Source: a virus (taxonomy: Duplodnaviria > Caudoviricetes). From it: DNA of 64,000 bases. The notes under the pieces are model-generated. The model made no database searches. It was not told the origin of the DNA and saw nothing but the letters and a program-made list of their open reading frames with translations. Position 1 is the first letter of the stretch. Each line of letters begins with the position of its first letter. The position numbers were made by a program, and so were the translations under genes. Shown in pieces: positions 33,456 to 46,148 of the stretch. The stretch covers positions 32,001 to 96,000 of the IMG/VR virus record IMGVR_UViG_3300002220_006617; one strand, written 5' to 3'.

Positions 33456-34540
33456 ACCCATGACCCCTGAAGAAAAATCCCACGCAATTGCACTGATCCA
33501 ACACGCAATCACCATCAGAAAATCAGATATTTCATCCTACGCTGATCAAATCCGCGATTTCAACAACCGGATAACGTCAGCAGAAGACGATATCGCCATG
33601 ATGACCGAACAAATAACCGCAATCCAGTTGGGGTAACCCCATGGAAGACGATTACGTTAAAAAACAGATGGAATGCAACCAGCAGATCAAGGATAACCTG
33701 AACACTATCCGTCTAAACGTAGCATGCCTGAACGAAATAGCCTGGGACTTACGCCAAGTCGGCATGTGTATTCTGGAAAAACGAATTACTCACATTACCG
33801 GCAACATGAATATCTGTCTCGAAACAATCGAAAGAGCCGATCGGCAGCACACGAACAACTATATGGACCTCGATGCCAAAGCGCAGACCGAGTTCTTCAA
33901 GGCCTGCTGCGATTTTTCCAAGGAGACGCCGTAATGTATGCCAGTGCCATAGTCTTCCACGACGGCAGAATCATTGATACAGCCAGCATTGATTTCAAAA
34001 TCCTGCCAAATAACAGGGTAGAGATCACCCACTCCTCGTATTACAAACCCTGTTCATTCCCTGACCAGTTTGAAATCGTCGATCTCAGCGAGATCAAGTT
34101 CATCCGACCGTGGAGTCTCCACGATCCCGACATCTACTCATCGCTGGCACGGATCATCGATCTTGCCATGAACGCCTGGCCGCTCAACGGCTCGATCATC
34201 AACCACTACCGGTGCAAAGGACTTGAATTATGATCATTGATACCCCTGAATTTACCGACATCACATTATTTAACAACGAGATCCAGCGCCCGAACCTGCC
34301 AGAATCCGTCATGAACATGACATACCGGTGCGACGAATGCAAACAGACGTTCAAAGGCTACGACATAGTCCTCCACCCCTTCCACAACAACGTCAGAATC
34401 TTCGCAATCATCCGCCTAATTGAAAACGGCACCACTAGTATCGGATCCAGCAACCCCGACAACCTGCCAAAAGAAAACCAGTATACCACCATGCACTGCC
34501 CTCATTGCGACATGGTCCACCTGTTCGGGTTTGATGCAGC

Positions 34541-34987
34541 ATGACAAGGATAGAACAGCAGAAAGAAAGCCCCTACCTTAATATCCTGAATTTTCTATCG
34601 TCGCATAAACGATACACGGCTCGACTTTATACAAAATCCATTATTGAAAAATTGAATACCGGAAAACTAGAAGCAAAAAACCAGGGTGAAAAACAAAATG
34701 AAGGATGGATCCGATTAAGATCATTGTATAAAGATCTGGTTGAATCCAAAGAAATCCCCAATCAGACTACATTTTACCGGTTACTGAAAGATCTGGAAAC
34801 GGATCATGTCATCATAAAATCTGAAGATAATGATTACCGGGGTAAAGGTAAAAAACCTACAATATATAAAGTCCCGGTAATGTATCCCGAATCCATCTTC
34901 AATTACGACTCAAAAGACAACGCGATAATTGCACGTCTTTACGAAGACCTGGAGATGGCAAAAACACAGCAAAAGGAACAACCATGA
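34541..34987 (+). CDS. Winged-helix DNA-binding protein
   Basis: TTFYRLLKDL...GKKPTIYK. Confidence 0.55.
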   Translation: MTRIEQQKESPYLNILNFLSSHKRYTARLYTKSIIEKLNTGKLEAKNQGEKQNEGWIRLRSLYKDLVESKEIPNQTTFYRLLKDLETDHVIIKSEDNDYRGKGKKPTIYKVPVMYPESIFNYDSKDNAIIARLYEDLEMAKTQQKEQP

Positions 34988-37492
34988 CCTCTAATCCCTG
35001 TTATCCCGTAACAGAACTGGAACTACGCCAGATTCAGAACGACTGCAAATATCCACATACCATCAACTGTGACGGCTGCGATTGTTTTGACAAAGACGTA
35101 TTCTGCACATTCAGCGCAAACATCCTGATAGACGACATAAAAAAACGGTTCATCGAACCTGCGCCGACAGCGAAACCCCAGCAGAATGAACCATCTGGAA
35201 ATTCCAGACAGTTGGAAGAGATCGTAGGAGAAATACACGGCCTGACGTTTTTGGCAGCAACACAGACCGGAAACGAGCATGCAGTCAAGGCATGTAATCT
35301 ATCAGCCGATTTACTCCGGCAGCAAAAGGCGCGGCGATGAATGAATACGACTTATCATGCTCAGTAAGTCACCATTTCAATAGGCAACCGATAGAAATTG
35401 ACGAAGCGGCGTATGAAGAACAAGAAAAACAAAGGCTGTTAACATTCACTAAATACGAGCGTTCTCTGTGGTGCTGGATATGCGGATTTACCCTTGACCC
35501 GTGTGATTTTCCAACCCCAAAGGAAGGAGTGGCTGCATTTGAATCACATTTAAAAGAATGTGAGGCTGGTTGGAGAAACGAAGGAGATGCCCCATGACCG
35601 CAGAGCAGCCGGAACAACAGACGGCTATCCAAACATGTGACAACATCCTCGAAGAACTCCACGACATTCTGAAAGAACATGGAGAATCGGAAGATTATCG
35701 CCTTGTCGAAGCAATAGCAGATTTGCACGAACGGGTCACACTATGGAAAAAACGCCAAGATATCCGTTCCCGCCCTGCCAGCCACAACAACGCAGCATTG
35801 GCAAGGGAACTATCTGCAAAACCGTGCATTGGGAAGTATGAACTCTGCCCATGTGAAGATGAATGTAATATGCCATTGACTTGCAAATCGGTTTCTGATA
35901 TGGTGCAAGAGAATAGAAAGGGAGCCGCCAAGCAGGAGTGGGAGCGTGTGCTGAATGAACTATAGGAATTTGGGCAAGAGATGGAGTGCTTGAACGAAGC
36001 GTGTTGCCGGTCGGCATTTCGGGATAAGATAGCATCCCTCCGGCAGCAGGAGGCGCAGCAATGACTCAAGAATGCCCATGCACCACCTGCACCAAACCAA
36101 CCTGCCCCACTCCCTGCGAAATCTACGACGGCTGGTGGTATAGCCATCATTCCACGGAGAAACCATGCGAGTAGACTACCGGGCACGAATCAAAGAACTG
36201 GTTGAAAAACAGACCGAACAGTTCCTGACTAACGCTCCTGAAAAAGACAAGATCAAAACCCTGATCAAACTCCAGGAACTCCAAAGAAAACGAGCTGAAT
36301 CCGGATGTGACTATTAATGGGATGTTGCGACTACTGTGCACTCGGCCTAGTAAACTTCTGCAACCTCTGTGACACCATAGAGGGCAGACAGTTACATTGG
36401 GACTACGTCCATCTCTGGCATCTCGAAGGCCTGTTCCCCTGCGATTACAACAGTCCCACCACAGAATGGATTGATAAATCACAAGACTGGCTCGATCAGA
36501 TGAACCAACAGACACACCAGACCGTGCAGATCAGGATACGACCATGAAATGCTCACAATGCACTGAACAAAACCGGTCCGGCTGCTGCAGGGATCCCAAA
36601 ACCTGCATCTTCAAACCGGAACTCGAAGAAAAGGACGTGAAAAAAGATGACAATTAAACCCCAGAAAGTCCCTGAACGATGCCAGTATTGCTGTGCCCTG
36701 ACCCAGTATACCCCGGAAGATTTCGAAGACGAGATCTGCACAAAAGACAAAATCAACCAGTACTACTGCGATTGCGGGCGCGACGCAGACGGATACGAAT
36801 ACCAGGGCGAAGACATGTCCAATCTTGAAGAAATCATCCGGAACTGCGGTACATCAGACCTGGCCCAGATCACTGTATCTCATGGAGCAACCATGTATAC
36901 GGTCCATACCCTGGCAACCACCGCTAACGCCCAGTTAACAACCCTAGGATCAGCAACTGTATCAGAACCCGGAAAACTCGTCGATCTTCTCAAAGAAATC
37001 TGCGGAGCCAACTTCGATCTGGAAATCATCGAAGTGATATGATTGGCCGCCCCGTATGAAATCACCAAAGATGACGGCGGGTATATGCTCCAGAACAACA
37101 CCGGCCAGCGAATCCTGTTCCACATGGACCGGGAAACCCTGTTCAGTTTCTTCAAAGAACTCCGGACAGGCCTGACCAAACCGGAGATCATTGCCATCTG
37201 CGACACCCTCGATCGGCCCGGCCTGACGAAAACCAACAAAGCATGGTATGCCACACCATGACCCGAACCCCGTCAATTCTGCTTGCCCTCAGACTCATGG
37301 CAATCATGGAAGAAGATCCCGATTTCTACTGGCTGTTCGAACGGTCAGCAGAATGGTATCAGATCCATTACCAGCGTCCTGTTGAGACGATCGGCGAATA
37401 ATCCCGTTTTCAAGAACATCACTGTCAATTCCACCGCGGTATCCCAAAAACGAAACCAAACGCAGGTTATCTCCCAACGAGTGTCTCTCGAA

Positions 37493-37506
37493 AAAATTAC
37501 CAAAAG
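37493..37506 (+). promoter_or_regulatory. Class I motif AAAATTACCAAAAG
   Basis: ATG 10 nt downstream (37517). Confidence 0.75.
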
Positions 37507-37516
37507 GTACTAGTGA

Positions 37517-37993
37517 ATGTCATCGTTAACTATCATCTCTGGTGGTCAGACTGGTGCTGACCAAGGTGCATTGCTCGCTGCTCATGATCTCGGTATCCCT
37601 ACTGGCGGATACATCACCCGCGGTTTCATGACGGAAAAAGGCCCGATGCCCGCACTCGCTGATTTCGGACTGATCGCACTCGATACGTCAGACTACGTGA
37701 CCCGTACCCGTATGAACGCGATGAAAGGGGACGTAACCTTCTGGTCGGGGACCGAAGATTCCCGCGGTTTCCTCGCCACCAAACGAGAATGCCGCAATGC
37801 CGGTAAACCGTTCATTGTCACCACCCACTGGTGCGTTGCACAACTGATGGAATACATCAACGAGCACCCGCAGTATCACATCCTGAATTTCGCAGGCAAC
37901 CGTGAATCGTCCAGCCCGGGCATCCAGGAAAATTCCAGAGCCTTCCTGCGCCTGGCATTCACCCCATTCGCCCCGAGGAGGCCATTACCATGA
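37517..37993 (+). CDS. SLOG-family protein (putative molybdenum carrier/YpsA-like)
   Basis: IISGGQTGAD.GAL, Y..RT..N, LNFAGNRES. Confidence 0.85.
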   Translation: MSSLTIISGGQTGADQGALLAAHDLGIPTGGYITRGFMTEKGPMPALADFGLIALDTSDYVTRTRMNAMKGDVTFWSGTEDSRGFLATKRECRNAGKPFIVTTHWCVAQLMEYINEHPQYHILNFAGNRESSSPGIQENSRAFLRLAFTPFAPRRPLP

Positions 37994-38394
37994 TACCACC
38001 AAAACCTGTCGTCCACATGGACAAAATCTGCAGAGTTTATGCGCATGACCACCCGAACTACATGTTCATCTTTGGCGACAACGATGCCAGAATGGGCTTT
38101 GGCGGCCTTGCAGCAGAACTTCGGGGATTGCCCAATGCATTCGGCATCCGCGTCAAAAAAGCCCCTACAATGAAGCCTGAGGCCTTCTACAATGACAACG
38201 ACAACCACGAAGGCATCATCAAAATCAACCAGGACCTCCAGCACATCCGGGCCAACTGGAACCTCTACGACAAGATCGTCTTCCCGAAAGCGGGAGTGGG
38301 CACAGGCAGGGCCCTGCTCAAGGTGAAAGCACCGCAAACGTATGAACGTCTCGTCAAAATCTGCCGCGACCACGGCTTCGAGCAACCATCATGA
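37990..38394 (+). CDS. Phage macro-like domain protein
   Basis: FIFGDN...G.GG.A...RG.PNAFGI..KK...GVGTG.A. Confidence 0.65.
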   Translation: MIPPKPVVHMDKICRVYAHDHPNYMFIFGDNDARMGFGGLAAELRGLPNAFGIRVKKAPTMKPEAFYNDNDNHEGIIKINQDLQHIRANWNLYDKIVFPKAGVGTGRALLKVKAPQTYERLVKICRDHGFEQPS

Positions 38395-39794
38395 GCTGCC
38401 GCGGCTGCGACCAGTTCGGGAACAATCAGTGTAGCCTCAACTACACCCCATTCTCTCTTGAACCGTATATGATCGAAGAAGGCTGCCTCTACAAATCAAT
38501 CGGCGGCATCGAAGCAACACCAGCACAAAGGAAGGAATAAACTATGGAACCACAGATGACAGCAAAAGTAACGTTAGAACCGATTGTTGAAAACAAGACC
38601 TGCACGTCCTGTGCAGCATGGGTAGAGCATTTCTGTGAAAGCACCGACATTGCAAACTATTCCTGCACCCACGGCCTCAGGATCACGGCAGCATCATGGA
38701 ACAACCCCTGCGGTCGTCACGTCAACATCGCCGCAGCCCAGGCAATCTGCGCAAGTTGCAGAAGAATAAACACCTGCCCCGATGCATCCATCCCGGAAGG
38801 CTGGCACAACCCGGGATGCGGGCACTGTCTTCTCATCAAAGCCGAATACCTGTCCGGCAGACAAATGTTCGACAAGATAGAGGCTTACGAACTCGAATAC
38901 GACCCCAACTCCTGCTACGATGCCGGTGAAGCCCTTCATTCAGAAGTCTGCGAGAACTGCATAGCCGATCCCTGCCCGTTCGGCAAGGATAACAAAGAAT
39001 ACGCTGACGCATGGCTCAACTGCCCGACCCTCAGACCATGGATCAAGAACGTTTTCACTGACATGGTCAAAGAAGCCATCCTCAAACTGGCAATCCTTGA
39101 AGAAACCATGTCCGAAGAAGACAGCGAGATGTGCGTCCAGGAAGACGGCGTCATCTGCCACGGCTGCGGTGACTGCGGGAGAATGGAGGCACAATGACCC
39201 ACATGGACCAATTTTTCCCTGCCCCGGGCATCGGAGTAAGCCGGACTGACATCTCAAAACGGGTATATCAAGAACGTTTCAACCTCTGCGAGGCTACTGC
39301 AGACGACAAGGCTGCCCGGCTGACTGACGATCAGATGAAACAGATCGCCGAAAGTTTCACAGAATCGTTCTTTGAAATGCGACAGGGAACCATCAATATC
39401 AACGACGATGGCAACCTGTATCCTTCAGTCCTCAACGAAGCATACCGCTGGTGTGAAGAAGATTCAACAACCTGGGTGGAACCATGACCCACTGTGACGA
39501 ATGCGGCAAACCGCTAAACCAGAACGAAGATGCATCCTGGGACTGCCCATACTGCGGAGCTCACTACAGCCCGTTCGACGGGTGAACCATGTACCTCAGT
39601 ATATTTTTCATGAGTATAATCTTCATGACAATCGTGTATTATTTCCTGTTTGAAGGCTGGATTGGACATGAATCAAATTTCGGCAAGAATCACCCATTCA
39701 TTGCTTTCCCCCTCAAACTCGTCAGTTTCGGCATATCGTTTGTCATCGGATATCTCATCACAGTATATCTCACCTTCTATGCAGGCTGGTTATC

Positions 39795-40424
39795 ATGAAA
39801 TCAAACGACATCAAATCTTTCACAGATCCCGAATTGATCAGCACAATTCTCAAGATCCAGGAAACGGAAAAGGACCACCCAAAAAGAACAAACCCTGTCA
39901 TAAAAAACATCCTTGCCACCCTCAACCAGAGGAAAGAACTCACATCATTCGAAGACCTCACCGCAAACTACGGGATCGGATCAGAAACCGCCCTCAAGGT
40001 CCTCGCATGCTTCGAAGTCGCCCGCCGGTACCAGGCATCAGGCGACCCCTCCTACAGAATCACCCAGCCGGAAGACTGCCTGAAACTCCTCGACCCCTAC
40101 CGGGAGAAAAAACAGGAACATTTCATTGCATTCACCCTGAACGGAGCCGGAGAAGTAATCGGCAACCGGGTTATCACAATCGGATTGCTCAATCACAGCC
40201 TCGTCCACCCGCGGGAAGTCTTTGCCGACGCCGTCACTGACCGGGCAGCATCCATCATCGTCGCCCACAACCACCCGTCAGGCTCCTTAGAACCCAGCAG
40301 CCAGGATATCGCCATCACCACCCAGCTGAAAGAAGCCGGCGCTATCCTCGGCATCCAGCTGATCGACCATCTCATCGTAACAAAAACGGGCCATGTATCC
40401 ATGAGAGAACGGGGATTAGTATGA
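39795..40424 (+). CDS. radC: RadC family JAB-domain protein
   Basis: QEHF, VHPREVF, AHNHPSG..EPS..D, DHLIV. Confidence 0.92.
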   Translation: MKSNDIKSFTDPELISTILKIQETEKDHPKRTNPVIKNILATLNQRKELTSFEDLTANYGIGSETALKVLACFEVARRYQASGDPSYRITQPEDCLKLLDPYREKKQEHFIAFTLNGAGEVIGNRVITIGLLNHSLVHPREVFADAVTDRAASIIVAHNHPSGSLEPSSQDIAITTQLKEAGAILGIQLIDHLIVTKTGHVSMRERGLV

Positions 40425-41228
40425 GTTACCAAGAAGAATGCATTGCATTCGCAAACGACGCCCGCGAACGCGGAAACGCTCAAACTGAACAGGATTGGGA
40501 AGATCAGGCACTAGGCAACTATTACCTGAATGAAGATTAACCATTTTTTTTATGTACCGGAGCACAGACGACCATGCATCAACCACACGTAATCCACAGC
40601 AACCTCCAGAAAACTGAAGAATACCTCGAGAAAGCAACCGCAGGTATCGGAAACCTCACCGATATCCTGAACCGCCCGAGAGCCATCCGGTTCTATGCAC
40701 AAGCACATTTCGAAGCAGAAGAACGTACCTGCTGGGTCATCAGCGTCTACCTTGACATTGAAGGCAACAACGGCCTTCACCTGACCCTCAACCCGGAAAC
40801 GATCTGCGTTTTCAATGCCCCACGGCTCAGTTACAACAACTGGAAACAACAGCGCGACCAGGACCGGCCAAAAGCCCAGAAAGAACTGGAACGTACCGCA
40901 GCAAAATGGGGTTGCACAGTCATGCCAATCGCGGAATGATCATGAACGCCAACCAGAAAACTGCAATCGTCTACACGATACATGACATCCTTAAATGGAC
41001 TATTGCAACAGAATGGACCCTCATCTGTGCATACTTAATTGCCAAAATCATAACATGGACCAACCCGCAACCAATCACGCCCGTTGGCTACGCTGTCGTG
41101 TTCATCATCATGTACATCCTCTGCATACCCCAGGTCCTCATCCACGGCCTTTACCTTGACCATCTCGAAAAACTCAACGAACCGCCCGCGGCTATCCTCG
41201 GCATTGACCCGGCGGTCAGGAACCGGGA

Positions 41229-42086
41229 ATGACAGCAATCCTCCCGAAAGTCAAGATCTGGATTGACCAGCCATTCAACAAGAAACTCGACCAGTCCCGG
41301 CATTCCGTTCTGAAATGGTACGGAACATCTAATGGGCAACCCGACGACAACGATTACTATTCCCCTCAAGAACACACTGCCATCTCATTCTCAGGCGGCA
41401 AAGATTCAACCGTTGTCCTGAGTCTAGTCCGGGACTACGTTGCACAGTTCGCGCTTGAAGACAACGATCTTCGTCAAGCCAAAAAACACATGGCCAAAGT
41501 CAACGTCGTCTACGGCAACACCGGTGTCGAATATCCCGAGACTACCAAATTCGTACATATGCTCAGGGACCTCTGGGGATTCAACCTCATCGAACTCAAA
41601 CCGGACCGGACCTTCTGGGACTGTGTCGATGAAACCGGCCTACCGGGCGGCAAAGACAAACGACCCAGCCGGAACGGCGATAAAACAGATATCTGCTGTT
41701 ACTACCTCAAGGAAAAACCCATGCTAAAATGCATCAAAGACCGCGAGTTAAAAGTAGTCTATCTGGGAGTCACTGCACTCGAAAGCCGACAACGCATGAT
41801 CAAAGCATCAACGCACGGCGACTGTTACATCGCCCAGAAATGGGGTGTCCGGAAAGTATTGCCGATCCTCTACTGGTCAGAAAAAGAGGTCTGGTCCTAC
41901 ATTCACAAAAACAACATCCCGTTCAACCCGGTCTACCGCCGTAAATACGTCAAACGATGCGGATGCATGCCCTGCACGGCTCACAAAAACTGGAAAGAAG
42001 AAATCTGCAACGAGAAACCCAGCCTCTGTGCCAAAATCTTATCGATCATGGGCCAGAGTCAACTCCTCGAAACCCCGGTGATCTGA
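41229..42086 (+). CDS. PAPS reductase family protein
   Basis: SFSGGKDS, NTGVEYPET, CC..LK.KP, ES..R, RCGCMPC. Confidence 0.88.
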   Translation: MTAILPKVKIWIDQPFNKKLDQSRHSVLKWYGTSNGQPDDNDYYSPQEHTAISFSGGKDSTVVLSLVRDYVAQFALEDNDLRQAKKHMAKVNVVYGNTGVEYPETTKFVHMLRDLWGFNLIELKPDRTFWDCVDETGLPGGKDKRPSRNGDKTDICCYYLKEKPMLKCIKDRELKVVYLGVTALESRQRMIKASTHGDCYIAQKWGVRKVLPILYWSEKEVWSYIHKNNIPFNPVYRRKYVKRCGCMPCTAHKNWKEEICNEKPSLCAKILSIMGQSQLLETPVI

Positions 42087-42087
42087 A

Positions 42088-42101
42088 AAAATTACCAAAA
42101 G
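42088..42101 (+). promoter_or_regulatory. Class I motif AAAATTACCAAAAG
   Basis: ATG 15 nt downstream (42117). Confidence 0.7.
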
Positions 42102-42116
42102 GTACTCTCGATAATC

Positions 42117-42488
42117 ATGACTGAAATCACCATTGTTAACCTGCGGAACTGCCCCGGATTCGGATCGCTGAAAGGAGATATCCGGATCGATCGCATGACT
42201 TCACTGGGCAATCCATTCCCGATCGGATCCTGCACTGAAAATGGCGTCGGTAAAGTCTACAGCCGCAAATCATGCATCGATCGATATGAAAAATACGTCT
42301 CCTACGCCGAACAGGTAGATGTCAGCGGCAAGAAATACGATGGTATGAAAGTCCGGCAAGCCATCAAGAAAATCCGGGAAGAGATCCGCGAGCATCCCGA
42401 GATGAACTACAGGCTTGGGTGTTGGTGCAGCCCCCTCAGATGCCATGGTGAAATTTTGAAAAACAGAATCCTCGATGGATGTGTCTGA
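42117..42488 (+). CDS. DUF4326 family protein
   Basis: IDR...GNPF...LGCWC.P..CHG.IL. Confidence 0.85.
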   Translation: MTEITIVNLRNCPGFGSLKGDIRIDRMTSLGNPFPIGSCTENGVGKVYSRKSCIDRYEKYVSYAEQVDVSGKKYDGMKVRQAIKKIREEIREHPEMNYRLGCWCSPLRCHGEILKNRILDGCV

Positions 42489-43248
42489 ACATGGCCCGCG
42501 GCCCCTTTTCAGATCTCCATTGCGGGTCAACCACGGCAGTCACAACCTTCACCATGGACGCCGTTCCCGCAAAATCAAGTGCAGAATATGACCATGAAAT
42601 AAGAATCGCCAAACTTCCCCGTAAAATCAGGACCAAATCAGGCGAAACTATCTGGCTCAAATAAAGAGCCACCTTATTTCAATGTACCGGAGAACCACAG
42701 ATGACAACCACATACCTCCAAGAAATCTACGACCAGCAAATGGTCTTAAAACAAAAGGCTGAAACCGAAATACCTTTTGTTGATGTACAGATAAAATCCA
42801 TTGAATCCCAGCACCGGGACCTCATCGATCAAGCCCGGCCCATCCTGGCCAACCTCAAAGGACTCAACAACCACCTGAAAAACCTCAGGCACAAAGCCGG
42901 TAAAACCGCTCTGACCTTTCAATGTGCCCAATGCAACACACAAGTCAGTATCCCTCATACTGACCTTCTGAAAACCAATACAGAAGACGAAATCATCAAA
43001 CTCGAGACCAGAATCCGCACGTTCCGGTGTTACGGCTGCGCCTACCAGGAAATCCAATCCCTCATAAGAAAACGAGACCGGGATCTCGATGAACTCAAAT
43101 TCAAAGAGACCGTCGCCAAACGCAACTACATCGAATCCCAACTCAAGTCCATCCTCAAACGCGACGACGGCGGATCGTATATCATTGCCGAATCAGGCGA
43201 GAAGATCTATCTCAGCAACATTGCCAGCATCACCAAGGTCGAAAAACC

Positions 43249-43683
43249 ATGATCTACAACACCATCTTCAACAAACTCAATGCACTCGGGTTCCTCAATG
43301 TCTGGGACCATGCAACCCTCAAGGTTGAAGGCTTCATGCCACTCGAGATCGAGGTCCTCCGGAAGACTGCTCCATTATCCAGCAACCCCTGGAAAATAAT
43401 CTCCGTCATGCACTGGTATCTCCAGGAAGGCGACGTCATGCGAGATCCCGACATGGAAATCCGGGTCTACACAAACGCCAAAATTGCAGAGGCACTATCC
43501 TACCGGCAAGACGGCGTTCCCGGAGTCGGCACTATCTTCCAGGAAGTCTACCCGGAACCCGGCAAAATCAATCAAAAACACAAAAAAGAACTCAACGTCT
43601 TCCTCAACCAATGGCTGACGAACATTAAAGATCAGGGATTCAAATACCCGGAGTCAGAGGTAAAGAAAAATGACAGCGACTGA
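43249..43683 (+). CDS. DUF1249/DUF6908-like protein
   Basis: GFMPL.IE, HWYLQEGDVMRDPDM, LN.FL..WL.NI..QG. Confidence 0.75.
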   Translation: MIYNTIFNKLNALGFLNVWDHATLKVEGFMPLEIEVLRKTAPLSSNPWKIISVMHWYLQEGDVMRDPDMEIRVYTNAKIAEALSYRQDGVPGVGTIFQEVYPEPGKINQKHKKELNVFLNQWLTNIKDQGFKYPESEVKKNDSD

Positions 43684-45495
43684 TCCCACTCAAGAACTCA
43701 TGAAAGCATGCAAGATCTATCAGTCATGCCTGAACGAAGTCAACCGGAACCGGCTGGCTGCAGGAGATCCGCCAGTTGCATATCTCAACCCGATAGCCTG
43801 CAACTGCTGTATTGACCGGGACCACACGCTCGACGAAGTCAAAGAACGATTGGCCAACAGGAAAATCAAAAGTACCTGTAAATGTCTTAATGACGACATC
43901 CCGCTCTGTCCCTACTGTGAACACAATGCAAGTCCGGGAGATACCTGCCCGGACGGATACCACGAAATCTGCAACGGCAATCCCGGTCACAAATGTCACA
44001 ACTGCAAAGGCGACGATGCGCCGTTCGCAACATCATGCACCCACTGCGTATCAAAATGTACCCGAGGATAGACCATGCCAGAATTCAGAATTTTGTTCAT
44101 TGACCCCCGCGGGGTCAACATCGAAGCGCCAACCGAACGAGAAGCAGTAGCGATCGTCATGGATCGGGAATGGGAACACGGAATGGACTGGAGTGACGGC
44201 AAAATCGAGATCATGTCAGTCGAGGAGATCTGATGATCCTCAACAAACGGGACCTCATCCACAAACTCGACGGGTTAACCGTCAGACTTCGCTGTCAGGC
44301 CGGGGCATTCATTGCAATCGAAGGCGTCCCGGACTTCAACGCTGCTGACATCCGGCTCAACCGTCTCGGCAAATGCCTTGAAATGTCGAACTACCTTATC
44401 CTCATGGGAACTGACGGTCAGGAGATGACAGAAACCACAAAAGCCCATTACGACGAGTTCATCCGATATCTCAACGAATGTCATCAGGCATTTGAAATAG
44501 GAAAGAAACCAGCATGATCAACTACTTCACCAAATCCGAAGCCCAGGCAAAGGTCGGTAAACGGGTCAAAACCAAAATTGAATTCTACCAGTTACCGGCC
44601 GGCACTACCGGGAAAGTCACCGGAATCTACAGTGGCTGGCGCAATGAAAGTGGAGTTGACATCACCTGGAACCGTAATCCACCCATCACTGACGGCTTCT
44701 CCAAAGACGAATACGAAGAGTTCATCGAGGAACTGTCATGACCCCGGAAGAAGCCAAGAAAGTAGCGGCACTCATCTGGTATGCATCTCACGACAATGCA
44801 GACGCTCCAGTTGACTCAATGCTCGATGCAGTAGCGATCCTGCCTGAACTCAAACCTTACGCCATTCTCCTCGCAAAGAAAGAATGGGACGTAAACCTCG
44901 AAATCCCTGAAGGTAATCAACCCGATCCTGAACTCACAGGACTCATTGAAGATTTATTCGAATGGACCGCCTGAGCCGCAGGCTCTAAAGAATAAAGGGG
45001 GCCCTCAAAGCCCCCGACAAGGTCCAGAATCGAGCCGTGTCTTTCATAATAAACAATAGAATACACATCTACATGATAGGTTCACATCCTACAGTAGACA
45101 TCCTAATGGGGCTGCCGCCCCCTTCAACCCCTGCTTCTCATCAATATCATCCTACCAACAACAAACCAAATCCCACATCACCGCCTGAGACACCGAATAT
45201 ATATAAATGCCCTTATACTACTACAAACTTTCGCAGAAATACCAAATCTCAACAATACACCGATAATTCACAGTCCAATCAGTAAAAACACCGCAAATTT
45301 GAGCCGGCACAAGCGGTTGGCTCTGCGGAATAGGGGCGGGCGGGTTCGCAAGGTAAGGCGGAGACCGTTACAGTTTGGGCGATACCCTGTCATCCAGAGC
45401 ACGGGCGGGCTCCGATCTACAGTTTGCCGGAGCATTATTGGCGGGATTCGCAATCGGGCTCTATTTTACAGTTTCCGGCAGGGACCTGGCAAAAC

Positions 45496-45819
45496 TGTTA
45501 CAATCAGACTGTTTCCGGGGCAGGGCCCTTTCACATGTTACCGTCTGAGGTTACAGTTTGTTACCGTCTGGCACCGTCTGTAACAAAAGAATGTTACAGT
45601 TTGTTACAGTCAGACTGTTACAGTTTGTTACAGTCAGGTGTAACCGTCGACACAGGCGGTAACAGTTGCGGGTGTAACCGTCGGAAGTGTAACAGGTGTA
45701 ACCGTCGACACTGACGGTAACAGGAGAATGTTACCGTCTGACACCGTCTGTAACATTCAGGTGTAACATTTTGTTACAGTGACTTTCGTTTAAGTGTAAC
45801 AGTGTAACATTTTGTTACA
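45496..45819. repeat. Array of about 22 GTWAC sites (iteron/operator-like)
   Basis: TGTTAC/TGTAAC/GGTAAC recurring mostly every 8-23 bp, ending at the ATG of 45819. Confidence 0.85.
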
Positions 45820-46148
45820 TGACAAAAAGCAACGTCAAACGAATCACAGAAGACTCAGAAGCAATTGCACTCAGTTACGGCCCGACAATCTCAGATGGCA
45901 TCATTGCTATGGCAAATCTTATCGGAAAACCAACCCCGGCACCAACAGTTTCCGCGATACCGTCACAACAGACAGTTTCTGGCGGGGACCTGGAAACCAT
46001 CATCAGAAAGATAGTCCAGGAAGAGGGCGTCACCTTATCGCCGAAAGCAATTGAGACGGGCATCATGCTCAGCAAGAAACAACGTGGGTTCTTCCAGAAC
46101 CTCAATAATGCATTGATCATGGCCATGAGCCGTGAAAACAAAATCTGA
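45819..46148 (+). CDS. Putative ribbon-helix-helix-like DNA-binding protein
   Basis: NVKRITEDSEAIALSYGPTISDGIIAM beta-alpha-alpha pattern; late-type promoter at 45779. Confidence 0.5.
   Translation: MTKSNVKRITEDSEAIALSYGPTISDGIIAMANLIGKPTPAPTVSAIPSQQTVSGGDLETIIRKIVQEEGVTLSPKAIETGIMLSKKQRGFFQNLNNALIMAMSRENKI

Noticed and set aside
39795-40424. RadC JAB domain as part of the ubiquitin-like system
   Set aside because: Typical RadC, 24 kb away, common in mobile elements
130-44484. Numerous minus-strand ORFs in the track
   Set aside because: Antisense shadows of coupled + strand genes with no recognisable motifs
45496-45819. CRISPR or mini-CRISPR array
   Set aside because: Repeat unit is only 5-8 bp, in both orientations, with no unique 30-40 bp spacers
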